Positions 38,813 through 53,844 are shown, counted from the first letter of the stretch. The stretch is 64,000 bases of DNA from Harriotta raleighana (GCA_050575255.1 JBNZDD010013729.1:9550312-9614311), one strand, 5' to 3'. Translations and numbers: made by a program. The notes: generated from the sequence alone by a model not told the origin.

Positions 38813-41469
38813 GAGAAAGAGAAAAGAGAAAAAAAAAATCATCTCAGAACGAGGAAATCAAACAGGGTTGCGGGAACCTGTGGTTAACTATTTTTATTTA
38901 TTTATTTTATTTATTGTATTTATATAGCGCCTTTCACGTCAGGAGGACGTCCCAAGGCGCTGTACAGTCAAGTGGGGGGAGGGGTCGGGGGAAGAAAAGC
39001 AGGAAAATACTGACTGTATATTTGTGGGCGAAACGCGGCAGCCAAATTGCGCACAGCATTGTCCCACAAACAGTCATGGAAGCGAGAGGGCCAGGGATGA
39101 AAGGGGGAAAGAGGGCAAGGGGAGGGGTTGGGGTAGGAGGAAGAGAGAAGGAAAACCAGGTGTATATCTGGGGAGAAACGCGGCAGCCAAACTATGGTTA
39201 ATCTTCCTGAGTTAACTTGTGTGTTCACACATGAGCTGATTGAAAAATAGGCTCGGAATTTAAAAGTTTTGTCCAGATTTGTCTGCTAATTTTGCAGTTC
39301 TCACAATTTAATGGGTGAGAGTTTCATAATGTGTCCCTGGGTGTTATTATCACAAGGCATTAATTAGCACCGGGAATGTGCGATCAAACGCCGCAAATTT
39401 CATCCCATTTTCATTAAATGTTGGAAGCGTTTATGTATTTTATTACAACGAACATTTCTCATCCACTGTAGTTGATTAACAAACGCATCACTGGGATTCC
39501 AAAGACAAATTTTGGTTTCATAATAACCTATTATCTTTGCTGATCAGCTTTGCTGCATTCGGTGCTGTGCAGGAGTAATCGGGGAGTGTGGTATCATTTA
39601 CAAACAGTGAAATAATGTGTTAGCACTCAGTGTCTGGCCTTCCTGCCTTGGTTAATTCTGGTAGCAAAACCGAGACTTCGCCCACAAATATAATAAGAGT
39701 CAAGTCACTTTGCAGTAAATTATTCTGTGAAGCGCTTTGTAGCGTCTAAAAGATGGGAAAAGCTCTATATCGAATGCTAGGATTATTATTCTAATTATTA
39801 CTATTCAGGGAGAAAAATTATTAAGGTAGAAAAAGGTTGGATGGTTTGAAACACTACAATGTGGCCCTATACATAAACAAAGAGATAGTTAGACAGGCAA
39901 CAAAATTACATTTGTATAGCGTCTTTAATGTTAGGAGGACATCCCAAGGCGCTGACTGACTGACTGTGACTGACTGATGACAGACATACAGATAAATTTG
40001 AACAAAGCTAGTGTTGGAATAGCTCAGAACTCAACATAACAGCTTGTTGTAATGGAGCTTATTTGTCTGTGACATTCATCACCGGGCGACCTTTTTGGCT
40101 TTGGTCTCTGCCAGTGATTGTTAATTTACAGATCTGTATTAGATTAGGAAGATCACACTGTTAAACTATAATGGACACTGAGAGCATAGACAGTCACTTA
40201 GCTGGGAGGCAATACCCAGTGACACTGCTGGTAAACAATAACGTCTAGAGACAGCAACGTGGAAAGGCAACTCATATGGAAATTAATTATTAAAGCTTTT
40301 AAATATATCATACATTTCTTAAAGTCACAACCCTAACACTGAATATTAAAAACAATCATCAAAACTCTCAAAGTTTTTCTCTCTCTCCGGTATTAAAAAG
40401 GCAGTTTGAATGGAAAGGTCAAAGAACATGATTGAAATTCCCATGAAACAACAAAGATAAATACTCAGGAAAGATGTAATAATAACAATAATCATAATAT
40501 TCCTTGGATTTGATAAAGTGCTTTATCACTTTAATAATATAATAAGAATCCTTGCAATTGATATAGCGCCTTACACATTTTATCAACGTCTCAAAGCGCT
40601 TCACAGAATATACTGTAAAGTGAATTGACTTTATATTTGTGGGCGAAAAACTAGAAGCATACCACGGACTGTGACCGATTGATCAGATTATTTTTGTTTC
40701 ACTGACCGGGATTTGTTTTTCCTTCTTTTGCACCAACAACTCAACGTGGCGAAGTCTCATTGTAATAATTCTTACAGTTCACGAGGCGCCTTTCATGTTG
40801 AGAAAATAAAACACCCGAAAGCTCAGATCATTCCTTCACCCCACACTAGCTGCCTCGGGTGTGAAGTTTAAACCAGTTCAAGTGCCCGCATGGAATTGCT
40901 CCAGGAGTGAAGTGTTGACTTTGTTTCCCACTCGGGATCAAGTGCTAAAAGGGGAGTCGATTAGGCAGAGACTCTCACTTTCCCTCTCTCTCTCCCACTC
41001 TCTCTCTCTCTCTCTCTCCACAATATATGACCCAGCAGATTGAATGCCGCAGAAATCTTTGCAATTGCAATTGCCCCAATAGACTCACAACTCTTGTGAA
41101 ATGTTCCTCTGATGATTCGAACAGTATTTTTTTCAAAGTGCTAAACTTCCGAAGGCAACTGGCTTTCCATTAGGACAATAAAACCATGGATCATGGACCA
41201 CCATAAAAAGAACAAGTGCCCACAGATCTCTTTTATGCCCTCGAAGCGCGACATGCCAATGTTTGAAATGTGAAATATGTAACCACACAATTAAGAGCAC
41301 TGTTGCACACACATACACACAGGTACGTGTATTTTACTGCAAGTGAATTCAGATTCAAGGTCTATCTTATCCCAGGCACCATAACTAGTAAAGCCCAGGT
41401 GCTTTGCGAACAGTGGTTCGTTTGCAAGATTCCACCATCTGTCTTGTGTGTGAGCATGTACACACAACT

Positions 41470-41640
41470 CATGTATGTATGTGTTTGTTTGTATGTGTGT
41501 GTCTTTGGATGTGTGTGTATGCGAGTGTATGTGTGTGTGAGTGTGTATGCCTGGATATATGTGTGTGTGAGTGTCCGGATATGTAGGTGTGTGTATGTGC
41601 GCTCATGTATATGTACATGTGCTCACACGTGTAAATACAC
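41470..41640. repeat. Degenerate (TG)/(TA) microsatellite
   Basis: Direct inspection. Confidence 0.8.
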
Positions 41641-43225
41641 ATATTACGTATTCTATTATTGTTACAACAAAGATAAGCATGACTTAAAAAGGCAAACATA
41701 CTGAGCTGACTAAAGCGGAGTATGATAAATAAAAGAACTGATGGGCATACATATTTTATAGCGGATTCCTGCTGTCCACAGGGAAACATTCAGCTTGCCT
41801 TAGGTCCATATTATTTTTCAACTCATTAATTCTAGTTACCAAAATACTTTTCACCCACAGTATGAAGGTTGCATTCGTTTAGCTTCTTGTCCTTCTATTT
41901 GTTACATAAAACATGAATCTCTTTGAAGTGCAGCCCATAACATATTCATGCATGTAAAATCAGTATGTTTCAAACTGTGCGGTAATAAAGTATTCACACG
42001 GTGAAAAATATATTAATTCAAAATAATCTATAAATAATATATTTAATTATTAAAGCTTATTTTGCTCATGGTTTGTATGGTATCAAATGTAACACCGAAA
42101 GTCTAGGTGACAAGAAGTCAAATAATCCTTTGCTGAGCAAAACTATCCGCAAAATGAAACCGCTTACAAATAAATAAGTAATAATTATTTATTAAAAACG
42201 GCGTTAGAACTGCGGTTTTAAAAGCTGTTTTTTTAGACAAAAAATTGTTCGTTTTGAATTCTCTCTCTTGTTCTGCTGGCAATGCGGCTGATCTCAAAGT
42301 AAAACACAAGTAGCAGCATTTGTTCTGCACACTCATGTTACGGGACAGATCATTGCCGTGAAAATCAATTTATGGGATTAAACAAAATGTACTAAATGCT
42401 ACAATGTTATAATAAAAACAGTAATAATCCATACGTTTGATATAGAACCTTTCATGTCAGAATGTCTCAAAGCACTTTACAGGCTTTAAAGTGGAGGGAG
42501 TGTGTATTTTATGAGCAAATGCTGTGTTTTATGTTACATACAACTTAAATACAGCAACAACTTTGCAAGTTATAAGTGTTTCAGAGTTTTTAAAGTCTTT
42601 CGCCCACAACTATCCAGTCATTTCACTTTACAGTATATTCTGAGAAATGCTTTAAGATGTCTAGAAGACATGAAAAGCACTGTATCAAATGCAAGGATTA
42701 TTATTACTATTATTATTCATTCCTATGAATAAAACACATCCTATGAATGCCAGATGCGGTTGAATTGCATAAATACTCTTGTGCTTCTAATATTTACAAC
42801 AGTCTTTCCACCTTTTCATTGCATGGTTAAAACATAGATATTATTCTAATTATGTCCTGTTTATATTGAGATGGGCGTTATTTTCCTTGTTGTATTTTCC
42901 CGCTGTATCCTTGCTCGAGGCTCTAAACATTCTGAATGAGGGCAATCACCAGGTGCAAGAGGATGATAGATGTTTGGGGGAAACAGGAATCAAATTCTCA
43001 TAGGTACCACAGACCTGCTGGCTGGTGCCCGGAGTAAACCATACACTGCGGAAAAGCGCAAAAAGACGTAGAAATGGAATCCTCAACAGTCGGAGAGTTT
43101 CCGATAACACACCACATTATCAATCAAATTTTCAGCCACACCCTCGCAATACTTTGGGTGCCACTTACACCCTGACACTGAGCTGCTGAGGCAAAGTGAG
43201 TACATATGCCTTCATGTTATTAAAT

Positions 43226-43485
43226 GGATTCCTGTAGCTCAGTGGTTAAAGCACTCGCCTTGCAAGCAAGAGACCTGGGTTGGAATCCCGGCAGATCAGG
43301 ATGAAACCTTGGGCAAGTTTCCTTGATCTACCACGCACGTGTACAAACATACACACACATACACACGCCTGATAATAATCCCTCAAAAAAACTATCCTAA
43401 TTGGTCATTTCAATCCACGATTGTACGTGGGACACTGCTGTGTGCAATTCGCTGCTGCATTTCACCCACAAATACACAGTCAAAT
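43226..43485 (+). mobile_element. SINE lacking the tail, with an internal CA expansion
   Basis: Head and core match the family. Confidence 0.82.
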
Positions 43486-44909
43486 ATAAGGAATATGCAC
43501 AAATGTAAGGACAATCAGCACATCAAACGTGACTTTTTGTTGGCCGTCACAGATTGTTAACAGTCGCTTCAAATGCGACCGTCCAATTCAGGACATTTTG
43601 TATATCGCTCAAGTAAATTGGATTTATCTTTGATATCACCCAGCCCAGCACCATCAACAATAACTGTAAGTTGGTCTAAATTGGTGTTTTTGATTCACAA
43701 AAGATTTCACTTCAAGACACACCTCTAACATTTTCCACATTGCTGGGGGGGAAAATCATCCAGTCAGATACAAGCATGTGCCTCGTCAGGATTAATATCT
43801 ACTGTGTGTGTACCAGTCACTAAAAATAATGATCGGTTTCTTTACTTGTTTATAATTGGGGGCTTCTCATCAGAACTATCGGTGTGCGTTAAAAATACAA
43901 GGATTATTATAATATTATTATTAACCCCCTGTTGATGAGTAATTGCTTTCAAAAGTGGCTTTAAAATCCAATTAGATGTTTTAAAATAACTGGACTGGTA
44001 AATAAGAGATCTTTCCTATAGTTCCCACTACATTCATCTGTCTCAGGATCTAAATCCTTCACGACAGTTAATGACCCGTATTCATCTTTTTCGCAAAAGA
44101 TGCTTTCCTGTCGGAAAGTCAAACAAAACGGGTAACTGGAAATGTCGTCCAGTTTGGGTTCAGATGATGTTATAAATCACACCAGCCTTGATGTCATGGT
44201 GCCTAGCATCATCTAATGGTTTCAACAAGATTATTTTCCTGTAATCGCTCCCATTAATTGCTGTAGGATTCACTGATATGTCTGCAAAGCTATCTATTTG
44301 CATAATATGATCATTTGCATACTCCTTATGAATGGCTCATTGGCCTCAAAAACACTTTGACCATGAAATTTTACATTACTAGTTAATGTAATTACTGTTC
44401 ACTAATGGCAGGGTTTTAGTGTGTAAATGCAAAGCTGATGCATTTGACGCTTTAATTGATGCTAAACTAGGATCTGGATAAAGCATTTAAAGACATTGTT
44501 GTAGGTCATTTTGTGCTGTTAAGCAAATCATTTGTGATGATATGTTGGGAGCGCAAATTGTATCTGCTGCAGATACACACACACACGACCAGACGGGGGC
44601 GTTGACGAGGGACACAAAGGGAATTCCTGTTGGATTTCTCCCTCTATATAACCTGGGATGGCTTGGGGTCAATTTAGCATCTTCACAGATCCTAGTTAAC
44701 ACCAGCCAGAAAACACGGTTAGGGATCAGGGTTCAAAACTGCAGTCCTTCATCCACAGTTCCATCTACTATGGACATGGCTGTCCTCTGTCTGTCCAGCG
44801 CCTTGGGATGTCATCCCAATGTGAAAGGCACTATACAAACATAATTTTGCTGTTGTTATTCTTTTATTGTCACGCAGTCAGTTAACAACAGACTAAAACA
44901 GACTAAGGC

Positions 44910-45235
44910 ATGGAGTCTTTAGTAGCTCAGTGGTTAGAGCACTCGCCTTACAAGCATAAGACATGGGTTTAATTCCAGGCAGGTCAGGGTGAAACATTGG
45001 GCACGTTTTCTTACTCCACACAGTTAATAATAATCCCTCAAGAAAAAACCCAATAATAAATTGGTTATTTCAATCCACAGACTGCTTATGGGACACTGCT
45101 GTGTGCAATTGGCTGCTGCGTTTTATCTACATGTATACAGTCAATTCACTTTACAGTATATTCTGTGAACAGATTTGAGATGTCTAGAAGCTGTGAGAAG
45201 GTACTGTATCAAATGCAAGGAATATTATTATTAAT
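44910..45235 (+). mobile_element. Full-length SINE
   Basis: Family consensus. Confidence 0.88.
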
Positions 45236-46504
45236 ATTAAGAACTGTCACTTATATATACAGTATATTTCTTTAAATGTTGTCACCATTTGAAATAATTA
45301 TTCCCCAAATGGTTATTAGTTCCACTTGAGGCTGGAAGGGTTGTTTGTGTTGGAATCCTCTTTAAACATTGATGGGGGTTGGCATCACAGGTTTGTATGT
45401 TTGACGCTGCAATGTAATGATAGGCTTTTCACAGCAATCCACCGCATTAGGTTTCAGGCGAATTCCTGTGCGGAAAACGCAATGGAGATTGTCCAGTCAG
45501 TGTAAAGTGCCCTCCTGGATCAGTATGAAGCATTCTCACCTCTGACACTGAAGCTGGTGAGTCAGGTGGTTATTTTGAACTGATATACTCCAGTTTGGCG
45601 ATGTCGGACATACACTTGAATCCACTTGACAATATATTCCGTGAAGTGCTTTGAGATGTCTCAATGCCGCGACGAGGCTCTTTAAGGTCAAAGGTCTTCA
45701 AACACTGTACAGTGCTTGGGTGGGTAGGGGGCGGGGATTTGCTGCTTTGCTGAAGCTGCTGTGGTTTAGATTAAACATATTACATAGAGGATGTTAAAAA
45801 TCCTCTATTTTGGAAAGAGGAGGGAGTTTCTCTCATTGTCGCCAACAATTTCCCGGATTACACTGGATGCTCACTACTTGTCGGTCTGTGTAAACTGGCT
45901 TTGACATCCGCCTGCAAAATACACAGTCACCACACTACAGTAAATACTTCGTGACATCCTTTTGAGGTTTAGTATCAACTTCTGTGGTCATCTGTCAACA
46001 CTCAAGGGATTTGTTGTTGATGTCGCGGCATTGAAATAAATATCCAATTTAAAATTATTTAACTACCTCTCAGAGCAGAACATATAAATGAAACTTCACC
46101 GCTGCTCCGTACTGTGGCTCTGGTAGAAATGATATTGCTTTGCTTACACCAGCCTAAACTCAGCAATGTACACCTCTCTCAATGTGACAGCATGTGACAG
46201 AACACAAGTAACAGAACATCAAACATCAAGTCTATGACAGTGAGCTGTGTTATACTTAATGCATGTTTCTATTGTTTATATCTCCATTCAAACACCTTGG
46301 GACGTCCTTCTGATGTGAAAAGCGCTGTATAAATGTGACATTGTTGGTGATCTTGTTGTTGAAATATCTCCTTGGATTTGGTTTTGTTTGACAATAACAT
46401 TTACCAACTAAAAGAGAAGATTGAAGAAATACATTTGTAAAGTGCGCTTGGCTGGATTTGGAGCACTGATTGAAGGTGGTAACACACATATAATAATACT
46501 TAGA

Positions 46505-46786
46505 ATAATCCTTGCATTGGATATAGCGCTTTTCATCGACGTCTCAAAGCTCTTCAGGGCATATACTGCAAAGTCAAATGACTGTGTATTTGTGGGCGAA
46601 ATGTGGCAGCCAATTCCACAAACAGTCGTAGATTGAAAGTAACCAATTTATCATTTGATTTTTTTGAGGGATTATTATCAGGTGTGTAGAGTAAGAAAAC
46701 TTGCCCAAGGTTTCGCCCTGCCTGGAATCGAACCCAGGTCTCTTGCCTACAAGGCGAGTGCTCTAACCACTGAGCTACAGGACTTC
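46505..46786 (-). mobile_element. Full-length SINE
   Basis: Family consensus in reverse. Confidence 0.87.
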
Positions 46787-48281
46787 ATAAAAAATAATAA
46801 TAGTAATCCCTGCACTTAATATAGAGCTTTATAATAATAATTCTTGCATTTGATATAGCGCTTTGAGACGTCGATAAGATGTGAATATACTGTAAAGTGA
46901 ATTGACTGTATATTTGTGGGTAGAAAGCCAGTTTTCACTACATAAAAACACAGAGGATGAAAAGTGAGTTGTGTCATTTAACTGCATTTAAACAGCCACA
47001 AAAGATGCGAATAACATAATCTATTATCTCCCAATTGTGAGGCTGCCCTTTTTTTTTACCGTTACATCTAGAAAATGAAAAGATGCTTCTGAGAAAAATA
47101 ATATGTAGCTTTATGGAGACTGAATTATTCATAACCAAATTGCACTTGATATCTTTTATCTTCACTGAATAAGAAGCTACAGGGTGTCCTCAAGAATAAT
47201 ATATTAATGGTTTCACACCTGACATGGTATTAAAAAAAATCCAGCTAACTAAATATGAAACGGAATGCATTAACTTTATGTGGGCACTCTGCTTCCACTC
47301 ACTAAACAATAGAAAAAGCATTTAAAAATGTAACTTTATCAGGGTTACCTCCGTGCATAATATCCTCACAATTTTCAAATAAAATACCATCCTCCCTGCA
47401 CAATGGCTGATTATTTAAGCGTTTTATTGTTTTTTTTTACACAGTGAATTTTCACAGTAATATTTTTTCCCCCCTTGTTTACCAGTCTGTCTCTGCAAAG
47501 CACTTTGGGACCCTTTCCTAAGTCGTAGATGTTTTACAAACGCAGAACGGTTTGTGAACCTACGGCTCAGTTGGTGGCTTATCAAGCCTTTAAATCAAAA
47601 AGCTGTGGGTTCAAACCGCTTTAAATCACGTTAAGAAACTCTGTAAGCCAGGCCAGGCCGAATTTAAAAACATTACAATTCCTAAAAACTCAGCAAAGAA
47701 CAACAATCTGAATCCTGAGTTACTGGTTACCGTAAAATGATTTAGCAAGGATTCAATCACAGAATCGAAACTTGTGACACAAACTGTGAACCAGCAAACA
47801 CAGCCCTACTCCACAGCCACCAATTTAAAGCCCATTCATTCCAGTCCATCAACAGCCTCGATACTTATCTCAGTGCAGCCCAATAAACCATCAGAGCCAA
47901 GAACTCAGGCAACAATAATATAAAAACAGACCTCGCTGAGATTCTTCGGGTCGATGAAGAAAAATTGTGAATAAGAATGGTCTTGGTAAACATCAGGAGA
48001 GATGGGAACATTGGCGACTGCTGCAAATGGACATTGACTTGGGCGGAAGTAGCATGCGGGTGTTGAGGCTGTTGAATATTACTGAGCCAAGCTATAAATG
48101 AATATCACTGAGGTTCTAAAAGAAATTACGGTCTGAAATTTTTAATAAAAAAGAGTCATTGATTTTGTTATGAAGCTATTGTGTAGAAGTGAAGGAACTG
48201 AAAGATGTAGCAAAGGGTCTTAACCTGGTGAGAAAAAGGGATTTACTCTGGTGAGGAGGAGTGTGTAACAGTGTGACTTAC

Positions 48282-48324
48282 CCTGGTGAGGGGGAGTGTG
48301 GCTATTTCTCCTGCCATTTCTGAG
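48282..48324 (-). CDS. Permease-like gene small exon: (A)SEMAGEIATLPLTR
   Basis: Acceptor ttttttttcttgcag, donor AGG|gtaagt. 43 nt. Phase 2 to 0 joins the 56767-56895 and 19774-19888 exons in frame. Confidence 0.85.
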
Positions 48325-49154
48325 CTGCAAGAAAAAAAAACAAGTAGAGGGTTTTTAAAAATGTAAAATATAAAAGTAGAAAAACAAAGTGTAACAGGGG
48401 AGGGGGTGGAGGAGGGGATGGAGGAGTGCAAATTTCAAACCATCCTAATTGCACAAAGTGTTCATGATCTACAAAATGGGAGAGTTGTGAAAACTCCTAA
48501 CTTTCTTATTTATTGTGGAAAAGTCTTTCAAACAACCCAATAAAATTAACAGTATTTAATCATTATCAGTGTTATTAACTCCAACAGATGTCACTGGACA
48601 GTGTGTAATAGGTGATATCCCAGCATTAAAAAAACCTCCAGCTTAAATTTCCTTTGGAAGGTTCCCGTCAACATGGAATTCAACTTCAGTTTGTTTCCAC
48701 CAGCCCAGAGTTGGGATTTACTTGGGATTCAGTTCATTTTATTCAACTTGGAAATCAAAATGAATAGCCCCAGCAAGCCATCCTCTGATCAACTGGCAAT
48801 CGGGTTCCTACTTACATTAACAACGACAACAAAATTACATTTATAGAGCATCTTTCATGTCGTGAGGACGTTCCAAGGTGCTGAATGCCAGGTAAACAGT
48901 TTGGAGTGAGGAAGGACACAAAATACAAGTTTTGCATGTAGATTTGGTTGATCAGTAACTAACTGAATGCCAAAGAACAGTTTTCACAGCCAGCGCACCG
49001 TGAAGTTGTTTAACTGTGTGTTTTTTTTCGTTGAAAGTCATGAATGTGAACAAGTCTGCTCTAGTTAATAAAAAAAAATTGTGGGGACATTAGATGCCTG
49101 TGGGAGCCATGGAAACTTCCTGTGTTCTTGTGGTTCGGGCTACCATCTCATTTT

Positions 49155-49402
49155 AATAATAATAATCCTTGCATTTTATATAGGTCTTTGCACAACTTAT
49201 CGACGTCTCAAAGCGCTTTACAGAAGATACTGTAAAGTGAATTGATATATTTATAGGCAAACAAGGCAGCCAATTGCGCACAGCAGTGTCCCACAAACAG
49301 ACATGGATTGAAAATTTATTATTATTGTGTTTTTTTGGGATTTATTAGACGTGTGGAGTAAGGAAACGTGCCCAAGGTTTCGCCCTGACCTGCCTGGATT
49401 CG
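49155..49402 (-). mobile_element. SINE copy with truncated head
   Basis: Family consensus in reverse. Confidence 0.85.
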
Positions 49403-51813
49403 TAAGGCACTTTTAGAATCTAATCAGGTACAGATCCTAATGCTGTTACACATGGAGTAAAATGCTGAAACCTAAGGTACCAGAGATTTCGTTCTAGCAC
49501 CAGAACTATTAGTCATAGTTCCCAGAGACTGAAACTGTCTTGCATTTTCACCAGCTGCCAAACCATTTCAGACGTTTAAAAGGACAACCGTACGCTCAGT
49601 GGAAAGCCCTGAAAAGCCAGCCACAAGGCATTGTTTGATGATTCACATGTTTGTGCAGTGGGACTCAACGGTAGAAAGAGATTGAGGTCACCTGTTTGTG
49701 AGTATGACACACTGGCTGATGCAGCCTTTTGTGAGAATTGATTAAATTATAGTAATAATCCTTGTATTTGATACAGCGCCTTATCATATCTTCTAGACAT
49801 CTCAAAGTGTTTCATAGAATGTACAGTAAACTGAATTAACTCTATATTTTGTGGGTGAAACTGAGCAGTCAATTGCGCGCAGCAGCGTCCCACAAACAAT
49901 CCAGGGATTTTACAGGGAGTGTGGCAACCAGGTTCCTACTTACTGCTCAGTAAACGGAGGCATGTGGAGTAAGGAAACTTGCCCAAAGTTTCACCCTGCC
50001 CTGGAATTGAACCTGAGTTCTCTCGCTTGCGAGGCGAGTGATCTAACCACTGAGCTGCAGAACTCTATAGAAAACAGGACTCCTCCATTGTCTTATTCAA
50101 AGCTATGCACACACGCAGTGACACAAACATTTACAAGTTTCACTGATAGCGACGAAAGCTGGGGAAAGAGGGGGAACAGAGCAACCAGCAGAGGGTGTGA
50201 AGTGTGGATAAGAGTATTGGGTGGGACGAGGAACGTAGGGATTCTTCCAAGACGGGAGTCGATCGACCATTTATTCCTCTTTTCTTTCTAGGCTTTAAAC
50301 TGAACACTTTAGGTTTTCAACTGCATGGTTTAACTATTCTTTTACAAAAACCCTTCAGGTCAAATATCGACCTGGGAAACACGAGGAAAAGGCAATTAAT
50401 TACATTCAATGAACAGTGAACAAACCAGCATTGATGGAATATTTTTATTAAATACATTAACCTTTTGTTAGTGGTGTAGTTTAATAGCTGACGTTTTCTC
50501 GTGTGTGCAAACTCCTGGGAATGTGGCTTTGAGAAACAAAAATTGCATCATATAAAGACATTACAGTGATAAAGCCATAGTAATCTATTTCATTAAAAAC
50601 TAAACCTNTAAGGCACTTTTAGAATCTAATCAGGTACAGATCCTAATGCTGTTACACATGGAGTAAAATGCTGAAACCTAAGGTACCAGAGATTTCGTTC
50701 TAGCACCAGAACTATTAGTCATAGTTCCCAGAGACTGAAACTGTCTTGCATTTTCACCAGCTGCCAAACCATTTCAGACGTTTAAAAGGACAACCGTACG
50801 CTCAGTGGAAAGCCCTGAAAAGCCAGCCACAAGGCATTGTTTGATGATTCACATGTTTGTGCAGTGGGACTCAACGGTAGAAAGAGATTGAGGTCACCTG
50901 TTTGTGAGTATGACACACTGGCTGATGCAGCCTTTTGTGAGAATTGATTAAATTATAGTAATAATCCTTGTATTTGATACAGCGCCTTATCATATCTTCT
51001 AGACATCTCAAAGTGTTTCATAGAATGTACAGTAAACTGAATTAACTCTATATTTTGTGGGTGAAACTGAGCAGTCAATTGCGCGCAGCAGCGTCCCACA
51101 AACAATCCAGGGATTTTACAGGGAGTGTGGCAACCAGGTTCCTACTTACTGCTCAGTAAACGGAGGCATGTGGAGTAAGGAAACTTGCCCAAAGTTTCAC
51201 CCTGCCCTGGAATTGAACCTGAGTTCTCTCGCTTGCGAGGCGAGTGATCTAACCACTGAGCTGCAGAACTCTATAGAAAACAGGACTCCTCCATTGTCTT
51301 ATTCAAAGCTATGCACACACGCAGTGACACAAACATTTACAAGTTTCACTGATAGCGACGAAAGCTGGGGAAAGAGGGGGAACAGAGCAACCAGCAGAGG
51401 GTGTGAAGTGTGGATAAGAGTATTGGGTGGGACGAGGAACGTAGGGATTCTTCCAAGACGGGAGTCGATCGACCATTTATTCCTCTTTTCTTTCTAGGCT
51501 TTAAACTGAACACTTTAGGTTTTCAACTGCATGGTTTAACTATTCTTTTACAAAAACCCTTCAGGTCAAATATCGACCTGGGAAACACGAGGAAAAGGCA
51601 ATTAATTACATTCAATGAACAGTGAACAAACCAGCATTGATGGAATATTTTTATTAAATACATTAACCTTTTGTTAGTGGTGTAGTTTAATAGCTGACGT
51701 TTTCTCGTGTGTGCAAACTCCTGGGAATGTGGCTTTGAGAAACAAAAATTGCATCATATAAAGACATTACAGTGATAAAGCCATAGTAATCTATTTCATT
51801 AAAAACTAAACCT
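49403..51813 (+). repeat. 1205 bp tandem duplication (49403-50607 / 50609-51813) around a single N, likely an unmerged contig overlap; each copy carries a SINE
   Basis: ORFs 49851 and 51057 are identical (offset 1206); N at 50608. Confidence 0.9.
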
Positions 51814-53717
51814 GTCAATAAATGGCAATATTCCTGCAAATTCAATCGGTGTTTAAAAGGACTAGTCTATTTTCTCCCCTTTAGGTTCCTTTGTCCTTGT
51901 CCTAATCCACTGACAAAAATATTGTGGTATGACATATTCACAAGTTACCACCAGCGCATAATGTGTACACTGCAATCATGTTCTTTCTAATGCTATGTCT
52001 CAATCTGTGCCTGTACCTTGGGGAGTGAATTTGCTCCGAGTCATAATAACATGGAAGTTATGGAGCAAGTTGGATGATTTTTGCTACTTGGCCTCTGAGT
52101 TAGAAAGCTGTGACTTTGGCTTCAAGCCTCACATCGGGTCTCATACGTTTGAACACAATGTTGGTGGGGGAGGGGGGAAAGGGATGGTTATGCTCGGTTA
52201 TGCTCAGCCAGACCGCTGTTTTTGCTCTACCGGAGTCTTCAACCAGTCCTTTCTCCCTCCCATACCCTCTATTCCCTTCTCCCTCCATGTGAAGATCTAG
52301 TTTCCTCTATTCCGTCCTTCAGATGAGATGCTAAACCCAAACTCCTGCCTGTCTATCTGTCTGTGAATCTAGTGCATATTTTGCGGGCGAAACGGATACA
52401 GTCACTACACTTTAGAGTATATTCTGTGAAGAGCTTTGAGACGTCTTGAAGATGTAATAAGGTGCTGTATCAAATACAACAATTATTATTATTATTCTGC
52501 TGCCTGTTGAGCAGAATTGTAGTGACTCACTATCTTTAGTGCTGCATATTCACAATATATCCACCAAACTCACTCAACACCCAAGGAGGAGTAGTCATGC
52601 TTGACAAAGCAATCCCTAATGTTACTGCATTCTGCAATGGGCTGCGGCGAAGATTAAGGAGCTATATAAATGTAAATTGTGTTGCATTGTATAAAATGAT
52701 ATGAGTGAAGTTACAGGTTGCCATAGCTGTAAATTGGGGCAATGTTGTAGACTCTTTTTGTTAGCATAATCTTGACAAGTGTGAGCTTCAAAAGATCCAG
52801 TAACATTCGTGGCTGTGTCGAGGCCGAATTGTTGTAAGAATTCACTGTCTCGTCATGAATTTTGCAATGAAACAAGGGTCAAATCTGTGGGAGAGAAAGT
52901 GGAGAAGGGAACAATGCTGCTCAGAGCGGCAGAGTGTAGATGGACCTACTGTGAGTAATGACAGCACTGGGGTAAGTCAGTGAGCGATGGGAGGCTTGCA
53001 ACGAATCATGCCAGGGTGAATCCCGCCGAAGGATGACAGCTTTGCAGTGAATCTTTGTAAATAACTGGACCTCCGCCGCAGCGCAAGCATCGCTTCAACA
53101 AATGGAAGGTGGGCGACGAGACCTTGTAAATGAAGATCCACTGCGACAAATCACTGTGTAAAAATAATACAAAAAGCGTCTCGAGAAGTGTCAAACGCCT
53201 GCGGAGAATCAGAGGGATTGCGAAAGAGTCCTTCACAACAAGACTGCTGCAACAGCTACCCCAGCCCTCACCCTAACCTTGACAACCGGGAGGCGCTGGG
53301 AATCCTCAATAAACCACACGAGAATCAAACTCAATCGTACAACAACTTTTTCCACTTTCATTATTGCCTTTGGGTAGAATTGAGTGAAGTCTCAGCATAT
53401 CTTAAACCATACTAATAAATATAATAATAATCCTTGCATTTGATTTAGGGCTTTTCACGTCTTCCAGACGTCTCAAAGTGCTTCGCAGAATATATTGTAA
53501 AGTGTCAGGGAATCGGCGAGACTTGGGGTTGTGGGTGATTTTCTGCCCCTGTTGTTGGGGTAGATTTTACAGTGACACTGACCAGTGAAGGATGAAAATG
53601 GACTAATTCAGCAGTTCATCCTGTTTGTACCAATTTAGCTCCCCAATGATTGAAACCAAGCCTTTTCTTGCCATACAAATGCTTTCCACTGTTAGGCTGG
53701 GTCAGTGACAAATAATG

Positions 53718-53830
53718 AAAGTTAACTCACTCTCCTCTCTCCATAGATGCTACCTGACCCGATGAGTGTTCCCAACCATTCCTGTTTTTATTTCAGATTT
53801 CCAGGCATCCACAGTATTTTGTCTCTTGTG
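53718..53830 (+). mobile_element. Short retroelement-terminal remnant (Penelope-like or related; family uncertain)
   Basis: catagatgctacctgacc..tgagt.ttcc...catt.ctgtttttatttcagatttccag.catc..cagtattttg resembles a repeat I recall from cartilaginous fish genomes. Confidence 0.4.
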
Positions 53831-53844
53831 CAAAAAAAACGCAC

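Noticed and set aside
49851-51497. Two identical 146-aa ORFs suggesting a gene duplication
   Set aside because: The ORF is partly antisense SINE, and the duplication straddles a single N (contig overlap artefact).
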